A DNA stretch of 64,000 nt from assembly GCA_964270895.1 (NCBI GenBank), contig OZ185439.1, one strand, 5' to 3'. The notes beneath the pieces were generated by a model. The model was not told where the DNA came from. It was given only the letters and a program-made list of their open reading frames with translations, and made no database searches. Of the stretch, positions 53,886-64,000 are shown piece after piece. A program made the position numbers and the translations under genes. This DNA is from Podarcis filfolensis. Lineage: Eukaryota. Each line of letters opens with the position of its first letter. Position 1 is the stretch's first letter.

Positions 53886-54940
53886 TACACACACACACAC
53901 ACACAGACAGATCCATGCACATAAACCTCTAAGGAATGCTTATTATTTATTAGCTAGGATAGGTAAATTAACAACAGCTAAGGAAATACCAAGCCATCAA
54001 ACAAGCAAAGAGCAGTACAAAGAATAATTACTAAATGCTGATTTAAATCCACAGTGGCTATAACCACGAACAATGCTGCTGATCCAGCCTCTAGTGGTGC
54101 CACATCCAACTCCCTGCTGTTCTCAACACGAGAGAGAAGAGAAAGGTCAATAACCATCTACGGAGTTGCTGATCCAGAACAATATTCACATAAACATTTC
54201 CTAAACTCAACAAATTAATTTTTGGAATGGGAATGCTACTACTAGAGACAGTATGATCCATTGCTGAACTAAAAAAATAAATAAATGTTTAATATATGCC
54301 AACTTAGCTATATCAGTACTCACTATTTTTTAACATCAGTTTCCTTCTGTGAAATGGGAATAATGGTATATGTGCTGGATTGACATGTCAAAAAGAACAT
54401 TTTGAAAGCTGAACGTTTTCATAATACTTTCAACTAGAGGAACGCAAAAATGCAGAGAAGACCACATTTTGTGCTTTCCCGCTGTAGCCAAGTGACATTT
54501 CCATTTATTTCAGGCATCACAAAGAATATGGATGATCAACAGAGGGAACCCTTGCTAATTCCATGAATTTAACAAATGAAACCCACCAAGACAAATAAAA
54601 TGCATGCCACAGCTTTTAGCTGTGTAAATATTCACCACATCTGGTTTATGGAACCAAAGTTTTATAAATTCATCTGCAGCATAGGCTAATAATGCTAGCT
54701 AGCTCACCTGTTTGTTTTAAGGATTATTGAGATAATGCATGCAAACTGCTTTGAGCATCTAATACTAAGTGGAGCTAAGACATCAGGCAATTGATGATCA
54801 AGTATTGTGAATAGAAGGCGTATTGTCCTCCCTGTCTGCCCTGGCACAATGAAATGAACTGCTGTTTTGGGGAGAAGAGAGCAAGGAATGCAGAGCTATA
54901 CAACTGGCTGTCCAGTTGCTAGCAGTCAACTGAGTATGAT

Positions 54941-54985
54941 GGGAAGGGAAGGGAAGGGAAGGGAAGGGAAGGGAAGGGAAGGGAA
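54941..54985 (+). repeat. (GGGAA)9 pentanucleotide repeat
   Basis: Directly visible. Confidence 0.95.
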
Positions 54986-55369
54986 GGAAACAGCTACAAT
55001 CTAATGCAAAAGTGGGAACCTCTGGCTCATGGGCTGGATACTGCCCACAGGTCATCTTCATGGAAGGCCCACCAGCCTCTCTCCAGTCCCTTTCTCCTCT
55101 CCTCATGCTTTGACTCTGCTTATTTCAGACTCTGGCACTGTCCACCTCAGGACCACTTCCTCCTCAAAAAGACAGTTCCTCCCTGCTCCCTGCTCCCCAC
55201 TCTAATGATAACTGATGGAAAGGGATGACCGTCCTAGAGCAATGTTCTGTGTTAGAATGGATGGAAACAGCCTTGGCTGAACTTTAGCTTTGGTTTGACA
55301 TGAACACAACTTCTCTTGAAGCAAAAAAGGGAGGTTAGAAATTAATTAATTAAATTTGAGTAACCCATT

Positions 55370-55728
55370 AGCGGGACGCGGGTGGCGCTGTGGGTAAAAG
55401 CCTCAGCGCCTAGGACTTGCCGATCGAAAGGTCGGCAGTTCGAATCCCCGCAGCGGGGTGCGCTCCCGTCGCTCGGTCCCAGCGCCTGCCAACCTAGCAG
55501 TTCAAAAGCACCCCCGGGTGCAAGTATATAAATAGGGACTGCTTACTAGCGGGAAGGTAAACGGCGTTCCGTGTGCTGCGCTGGCTCGCCAGATGCAGCT
55601 TGTCATGCTGGCCACGTGACCCGGAAGTGTCCGCGGACAGCGCTGGCTCCCGGCCTCTAGAGTGAGATGAGCGCACAACCCTAGAGTCTGTCAAGACTGG
55701 CCCGTACGGGCAGGGGTACCTTTACCTT
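55370..55728 (+). mobile_element. Full-length, CpG-rich (young) Sauria SINE, antisense to CTBP2
   Basis: A box tggcgctgtgg, B box gttcgaatcc, (ACCTTT)2 tail, 9-bp TSD taacccatt at 55361-55369 and 55729-55737. Confidence 0.93.
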
Positions 55729-58700
55729 TAACCCATTGACTATGTATTTTTTTCTTCTGCTATCAGAAGACAGACGCAGTCCACTAAACATCAGAAAGAT
55801 CTTTGGAAGCTTAAGAGTTATCCGCCACAGAATTACACTCCCCCTCTTCTCCTACTCCCAATCTGCATGGCATTTCCCATTTATGGAAAACTTGGGAGAG
55901 ATTTATTAACAAATGTGTCATCCTGGACTAAAATACACCTTTCTAAGGAAATGAAGCCTCAGAGCTTGGTTCACTTTGGACGTATCCAACACTGGGATAT
56001 TCCCCTCAAATTTGGGATTCCAAGGTCCTACTATTTATAAACTTCTGTCCTTTGAGTCCTATTTGATGGGCAGAATATAGGTGAGAGAAGAATGAAGCAA
56101 AATATTGGATCTAAATACTTTTAGATTTTGGGGAAATGATTTCCTCATGTTTTGTTTTCTGTCACTGGAGGAATATAATTAAACATGTATCATGCGCTAC
56201 AGATTTTAAAACTATTTCAGCATCAAATGTCATGCCATTTCTTATAATTCATTCTAGCCACTGAAGAATTGGTTTCAAGAGAAAAATCAAACATTGGGAG
56301 AAAAAATTAATTTAAAGGACCATGTCTACTTACTGCATTTCCAGAACAGAAAGCAAAACTGACAATCTGCTTGACTAGGGAAGATCACCAATACACACAG
56401 ATTTAGCTTCTGAAAGTCTAAAGAGGCATTTTTTGATCTTCCTGAGCAATATGTACAGGTAGAAGAGAACTTTCATTTAGCAAAGCACCAGATGCTTGTG
56501 GAAATGCACCTTTTCATGAAGAGCCATTAACAAAAACATTAACCATAAACTTGCATGTTGCTGTGTTAGAAGATGAAAAAAGATAGAGGGGAGAGAGTGA
56601 ACAAAAGAAAAACCCAAGAGAAAGGGGGGGGTGAGATGTGAGGCTCAGGATGGCACTGAGAGGAAAAGTTTATTCCAGGAGAATAAAAAACACAAGGTTC
56701 AATGTGCTTCAATATAAAAATCATCAGAGGCAATTGAAAGAGAACTCTCTTGGGAGCCTTCTTCTGGAGAACAAATTGTAGACTCAGATTCATTTTTCAT
56801 TTGAGTCTTTAGAGTATGTTCTAAATGTAAACTGTAGATTAAACTAAGCCTTAAAGTGAGGTCAGATTCCTGGTCTATCTGTAACAGCTAGATCACCTGG
56901 TCTGGTTGAATAGCCCTAGGATTTCAAAGTCCCATTACTCCTTTTGAAAATTAGGCTCCACTAACATAATTGGTTACAACAGAACATGGGATAGACACTG
57001 CCCTAGTTCAATTTGTGAGCCTTTAAGGATCCTCGGGTGTGCTTCCTGCCTCCCCACCCCTCCCACACCACAATCCTGTTTGTGATACACCAACTCTTTC
57101 CCACTTAGTAGCAAACCATAGTTTGCTGTATTTGTCTGAATGAGCAAAGTATGGTCTGTGCAAACTCCGCAAAGCAGGATTAGAAACTAGGGAAAATGTA
57201 TTTTTCAAACTAGCAAAACATATCAAAGAGCTTTTCTCTCAGCAGGTATTTTAAGTAAGCTATTTGGTTTTATGGTTAGTTTTAACTGATTTTTATCTTT
57301 TTCGTCTCCCCGCCCCCCTTTCCAGAAATTCACATGCAATGTGTCAAGGTCATGGAGCTCACTTTATGTGGTTAACATGAAAGGGGACAGTTATGATGTA
57401 ACTGTGTTGCAAGTTTCCCCCTCCTCATAAAGACAGTCAATGAAAAAGTGTGGCACAGGAAGTGTAAACATGCAGTGCAACGATATCACATGACTTTAGT
57501 TTACTAGATATTCCCAGGGTGGGAGGGAGAGAAGACTTAGGGGGTGGGGGTGGGGGTGGCACAAGGAACCAGAACCGGACTGTCAGGAAGTAAGAAAGGA
57601 AGATGTGTGAGGGAGACGAAGGAAAAGCAGCTGTAAGGGGGGTGTATGTGTGGTTGCTGCCCTCTCTATCCAATGACTCCACTGAGATGATCATGTTTGA
57701 GGTTCAATGTAAGGCAGAGCAAAATGGGAATATTCAAGAGGGCACAAGAAGTGGCAGAAAATATTAGTAAGGATCCTGTGGCCCACAGTGAGTCATAGGG
57801 ATAATGAGGTGGAACTAAGGAAGCCATACGAAGAAGAACAGGAAACCCAGCATAGCATTTTGTTGCAAGCCCCCACTTGCTCTACATATTTATAAAGGAT
57901 GATACCTGTACCCTATTCTATTCCTCTCCCCAAACTGCATCTGCCTGTGATATTCTTTTCAGATAGAAGGATCAGAAAAGGGGGAAATAAGACTAACCTA
58001 CCTGTTATCTGCTTGTGCAGTTTATTCTGAAGGAGTTTGGATGTTCTATTGAATGTAGCTATTTTCTCCCTCGAGTCAATCTTTAAGTGTGTTTTGAGTA
58101 AGCTGAATCCAATGGATTGTAAAATCGCTATTCTATACTATTGTTTATCTGTAAGATAATAATAGTAGGCTTTATAACAGCATAGTGAAAATTCAGAATC
58201 CCTCACTTAATCTCACCATAGTAGGAAAAAATATATAGGGTTCTAATAGTATGCCCAGTTCCATTATCTGCATCTCTTTGTTTCAATAAGATTTTAACTA
58301 CCTAATTGTACCTAGGATTATAGCTTAAATGCAGGACATATATGTCATGTTATGACATTTATTCTGACCTAGATTGAGTGGTTCTGGTTAAAACCAGAAA
58401 GGAATTGGTTCCAACTGCATGTGGTCCTTTTGACATCTATAAAGATAAGGGAAACAATTTTCAGCAGTTCAAGAAGCTGATAATAGCTTTCCCAGCAAAT
58501 TCTACTCCAGCATAACAACAATAATAAAGGAATAATAAATGGAGTATAATTTGAAGCAGACATGATCTCATGATCCTTACATCCATATGGCTAATAGCAG
58601 CACCAGATCAGTATTAACATTAAACCATTCCATGGCCAAATTTTATTCAATCTGCCAAACATCTGAAGAGTAACAATGTGCAAAAATGGCAATCATGAGG

Positions 58701-61700
58701 CAGATGTTGGCTTGATGAAGTAGGGCAAGACAGGAAGAGAGGGGGAGAAAGAATAATGCTACATAGCTACATAGCTAATGATTAGACTGAAGTTCCACAG
58801 GTGTGGCTTCTTTCATTATATTTCAGTATTGGAAGGACTGTTGTTGCTGGACTGTTGTTCATCTTCAGCGTCCTTAAAGGAAGAGAAGTTCTTTTTTTGT
58901 GGTCTGAATGCTAGGAAGGCAGAGAAGAGGCAACAAACAGAGTATCAAATTGCCCTGGTTAAAAAAAATATGTTACCAAAGATTTTACAACCCACAATTT
59001 TTACAACCCACAATTTCTCCTTCTCCTTTATTCATTAAAAAGGAATATAATGTTGGCTGCAGCTAAGATTTCAGCCTCATCATGATGGATTTGATCCAGA
59101 GAAAAGCCTGCAGAAGAAGACTTGTGGAAGATGACTTTCCTCCACCAGAACTTCCTCTCCCTAGGGCCAAAGGACCCTGCTGAATGGGTCAGGCTGAAGG
59201 GAACACCTGAAAATTGGAGGCAACTACCATGAGTGGAAGCTATGCTCACATCTTTCTGGAAGTGCGCTTTCCCATTCAGCCTCCTGTGCAACAGGCCCAT
59301 TGCATTCAGTAAGTGTCCCCTGAACCTTGGAAGAAGTTCTTTTTTTGGGGGGGGGGGCGAGCTGTCAGGTTCAGGAGGGAACAGGAAAGTCAGCTTCTGC
59401 CAATACACTTCTACGCTTTTTCTCTGGATCCAACCAATATGCTTGAAGCTAGAACTTAATTATCTCTCCCTAAGCATAAAAACCGATTCTGGTTTGCTGG
59501 TGGGAGTAGGGGGAAGAGGGAAAATCAAGCTTAGCTTCTCAGCTTGTGGTAAAAAACTGTGAATACACTATAATGCCCCCCATTAACATAGCTGAAGGCA
59601 ATATGGAACTGTCTATGTTTGTTTTATTTAACATGCTGTAAACAATCTTCTCCACCCAAAGTGGTATAAAATGAACACTTTCCACCAACAGCTTTGTTTC
59701 AGTGCAAACCAAACAGCATGAATGTAAACCAATTGAGGAAACAAGCAAAGGCACAAAGAGAAGTAGAGTACAACTTTAAAACATGTAGTCCAGCGTGCAG
59801 TCACACAGAACCCTTGGAACTTAATATCTGCTACCAGCTAGAAGATTATTTTAAGCTCCGACTCAATGTCCATTTTAGCGTCATCTACTTATAGCATTCC
59901 CTTTTTACTTTGCAAACCAGACCAATTTTTCTCCTCAACTGAGAGCCAACCACTTTCAAGACTTACATACTAATTGGTTTGCTTTAGGACATGGCTATTT
60001 ACCTGTTGCTTAATCCAATATACTGGATGCGAAAATAAGGCAATGCTCCAAAAGTATTGCTTTGTGCTGTGATGATGACTGAGTTTGGTAGTGTCATATG
60101 GAATTATTTGTGAGTTAAGTCCCAAACACATACTCTCCAGTAGCTTAAATCAGAATGGTCAACGGTAAATTCACAACTAGACTGAATACTTTAGTCTCAA
60201 ATAGTTCCCCCCACCCCCGCTTAAAGGCTGCTCAAGGTAAGAGGCTGATGCCCCCCCCCCCCGAAAACTGCTAATCTTGAGATCTACAGGTATAGGGTGG
60301 CATACAAATTTAACAAATAATAATAATAATAATAATTCCAAGTGCAAGGCAATGCATGTAAGATCAAGGTCATTTTCACATGGCCTAATTCATCCTAATT
60401 TGTATGTAATACTTTGCAGGGAGGTTTATTCAATGTCCACAGGTTACCAAGTATTAATTCTGATGATCAGGAAATAAACAAGCTAAGCTTCTAAAGAAAC
60501 ACACCAGCATAACACTGTAGCACCTTTAATTTTAATAAGTATTTGCTGGTAGTATTTTTTTCATCTTTGTTAATACAATTCATGGGTATTTGGAATTGCA
60601 GGTTTGGGGGCACTGCCGTGAACAAGAATGTATGAATGAATGGGTTTCTCAAATCTCAACCAAAACTGGGGACATGGCATTGCAACTTGGTGTCTCATAT
60701 GCATGGATGGGTTTGGACAGACCCAGCCTATAAGCTTCAGCAGAAATGTAAAGTACAGTTCTTGCACTTCCAGAAGCCCAAGAGAAACAGTTACTGAAGA
60801 TTATCTGTGTTTTGCATCTTAGCCAGTAATCTTGCACTCAGTCCCACACATTTAAATCCCTCTGAAAGCAGTGGGAATTAAGTGTCAGTAACTGAGTACA
60901 GGACTGCAATCTTTCTCTATAGCACAGCTTTAAAATATCCTTGACAGGCATTATCTTAATGTGCCATCAAAGAAAATTAGATTTTGTCTTAAATAGAACT
61001 ATGGTGCTGCATTGTGTAGGATTAGTTCAATGAGGGGTGGGAGGGGAACAGGGACTAGCAAAACAGATAATGCAGTTTGCAACAAATTATTATTTGCAAA
61101 AAGTGTCTCTCCCAGGCGGAGATTATTTTAAGTGCTGTTTGTGTGTGACAAAGGAATATTTTTAAACAAGATAAAAATTACTGTTGCTGACAGGCAGATC
61201 CCAACTATATCCACAAGGGCAAAGACAGAATGTACCACAGTACTCACATTAATTGAGATGTATATATGTACAAAGATAATTTCCGGCTGCAGTATTTAGA
61301 CTCAGGGTTGTAAACAGTTCCTGGAATTATAATGACAGCCATTACCTGTACCTTTTACAGAGATTCTGTTGTCAATATTGACAACCACTGGAACCAATGC
61401 AGAAAACAGGATTTTTACAGGTTTACAGGTTTGTCATAGGGCTAGAGCAGTAGTTTAAATATGTTCTCCCACTGCCCGGGCACACCAGCTCCAACAAGCT
61501 TGGCACTGTTCCCTTTGCTCAGGAGACAATGCAAACAACCCATGGGGAACAGAAGCCCAACAAGGGAAGAGTGACTTTTGGCCTTTCCCCCAAGTCTTGC
61601 CTCCTTGCTTTCCACGTCCAGACACAATGCCAACTTCCAAAGCACTACAACAAGCTCAAGATGAGAAACCTGAAAGTTTCTGTCATCAGTACCCCATGCT

Positions 61701-64000
61701 TTTCACCTTTCCTGACACAAAATTATGTGGCTCAGTGTTACTGTCATGATAAGTGAAACAGCAATCCCATATGTACTGTAGATTCTGTAGGGACTTTCTC
61801 TCAATTAGAAAAGGCATAGGGAATGCTGGCAATGTTTTACTAGGGAAGCCCCTGGGTGGGGAAGACCCCTTGAAATCAATTGACTTTAATAACAAGTCCA
61901 TTGATCTCTAAGGGTCTTAAATTCCAGAGTCACTGGATTGTATTTATTAATATATTCTTAGAATTTTATAAAGTTATGTTCTTTGATAGCAATGCGACCT
62001 TAGCCGTAAATAAATTTCTTAACTACCACAGTTCAGCACAACCACCATCAATCTAACAAACTATGCTATTTCCTGTTGCCCATTTCCTCTCTCTCAGTCC
62101 ATTGAAACCATTATTAGGGTTGGGTTCTCCATACACAGTACTTACTGAAAATTTACATTCCAGTACAACATAGAATTAGTTTATATTACTATACATTACT
62201 ACTGCTGGTAGTTCATAGGCCAATGGGGGGGACGGGACCCTGCATCTTAGGTGACCTGTAGTCTTTGAGCTACACAATTACACAAAAAGCCAGCTATCGT
62301 TATGCTCTCTTCACTTTTCTGATGATCTGATAGTATCACACTCTTCAGAACAATTCCTCTTAAAATGATTACTTTTCTGAAATTATATTCCTCAGTTTTT
62401 CACATATGGAATTGTCTACAATACATCTTCCATAAGCTATGCAGGTTAGGTTTCCCGTGTAGTGTTTGAGCATGGGAAATGTGAATCAGTTACCAGTTAT
62501 CAGCCTATAATAACATAAGCCTAGGTCTTCAGGCTAAGATACTGACAGTCCTTTGCAGCACTGCACACCCGGTTTCCCTTTTTCATCTGTATATCTGAAA
62601 TTCGCATCAACAGATGTCAGATAGTGTCAATCATATAGACACAATTCAGATTAAATCCCTTTCAGGAATATTTCATGCAATGGAATGGCTCTGTGTCACT
62701 TGTAAATCCTGCATGCAGGACTGAAAGTTGGAAACAAAACAACTCCATGGTCAAAAGCTCTACCAAAAAGTATACAAATAGACATAAAAAGGTGAGTAAG
62801 TATGTTGTGTCTTGAGCTACTAACCTTGTGGTTTTGGCACAAGTTGATACCATTCTTAAATGAGGTGCAAATATTCTCAGGTGTGTATGGTAGTTACCTC
62901 TTAACTCTCATTATTGCTAAATGGCATTGTTTGTGTAATTGCTGCTGCTGCTTCTTCCAAAAGGGTAATAATAGATTAGCTACAGTTTAAAATGCTAAAA
63001 TGTAATGACAATAAAATCTTTGATTTTCACCCCTGCTGTCTTTTACACTCACAGAAAATGAAAGTCAATTCTGATGTAGGTGAGACCACACTATAGATTT
63101 ATCTAATAATGTATACTGAAGCAGATGAAAATATTTCAGATGTGCCTAAGGTTATGAAGATATAAATCATGTGGAACTACGCTGATGTAGTAAGCCATTT
63201 TCCCTTAATGGTTTTCTATATTTTATTGCCCTAATAAAATCCATCACCTATCAACCTAAGAACTCTAGCCATATACCCTAAGGTTACTCTCAATTAACAC
63301 ATGCACACATGGCTAAACTAAATTTCAGTCATTCTAAGCTTGCAACACAAATGGAGAGACAGAAACATGATCAGAGAATAGAATGGGGAAAATATATAGA
63401 CTATATGTACATGAAAGTTTAAGCACACAAACATATTTTATCCAGAGTCAGAAGCCCACTTTTTCTGAAGCATCTTGTGTGCACATTAAGATTCCCAAAT
63501 AAGTTACATGCACCTTCAATCAGTTGTAAAGGAGAAAGTGCACATGGGCTGGTACAACTCTACCATTCAGGATATAAGAAGTGCCAGAATACAGTGGAAA
63601 ATTCAAGTGGAAGCCTTGGAAAGAGACATGGATGAACCATTATCTGCTGTTTTCCAACTGTGTCTCTCTATCTTGCTTCCTTCATTTACAAAACGGGGAA
63701 AGGAGCTGCTGTCAAGTAAACTCTAGAGGAGGAAACACAGTGTTATCCCCTCCACAACCTCAGCATTAAAAAGATGTGTGGAGCAAGCATACTTTCACTT
63801 AACATAGTGATACAGCTTGAGCCAGTCCTTCATGTGTCAATTGTGGCATGTATGTTTCCAAATATATGTGAGCAGAAGCCTAATATTTTCCTAATCCTCC
63901 ATGCATATGCATTTGGAAGAGGAAACTGGTTTTTATATACACCTATGACCTTCATATTTATAACCATAAGACATGTAATTTGAAGTTGGGTATCCGAACT

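Noticed and set aside
57344-60372. Two TCAAGGTCA (ERR/SF1-type) motifs at 57344-57352 and 60364-60372
   Set aside because: About 0.5 copies of a given 9-mer are expected in 64 kb on both strands; two is not meaningful without conservation data.

Overview
Vertebrate genomic DNA from a squamate reptile, probably a lacertid lizard (inferred from the Sauria-type SINEs and a tRNA-Lys/CR1-tail SINE). The window holds the 3' portions of two convergent genes. ZRANB1 (TRABID, OTU deubiquitinase, + strand) contributes 8 coding exons from 1685 to the stop at 14594. Its first coding exon, which carries the NZF zinc fingers, lies upstream of the window. CTBP2 (NAD(H)-binding corepressor, - strand) contributes 8 coding exons from 42606 to the stop at 20411. 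Its MALVDK first coding exon and the RIBEYE A-domain exon are not in the window. I read every exon by hand: all introns are GT-AG with consistent phases, and in-window CDS totals (1313 nt and 1280 nt) leave 814 nt and 58 nt to reach the lengths I recall for the human proteins (708 and 445 aa). The rest is intron/UTR with hAT and Tc1/mariner MITEs, SINEs, decayed L2/CR1 LINEs, microsatellites and a 298-N assembly gap. I see no new gene family, virus or RNA gene, and nearly all ORFs in the supplied track are incidental. Best leads: (1) CtBP2 carries GxGxxA instead of GxGxxG in its Rossmann fingerprint; (2) an antisense Sauria SINE tail places a competing AAG|GTAAAG donor 28 nt from a weak CTBP2 donor; (3) a CpG-retaining, repeat-free island at 48.7-49.7 kb looks like an internal CTBP2 promoter/first exon for the short isoform; (4) two inverted hAT MITEs share a same-orientation internal cargo. 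Repeat family names come from recognition, not from a database search.
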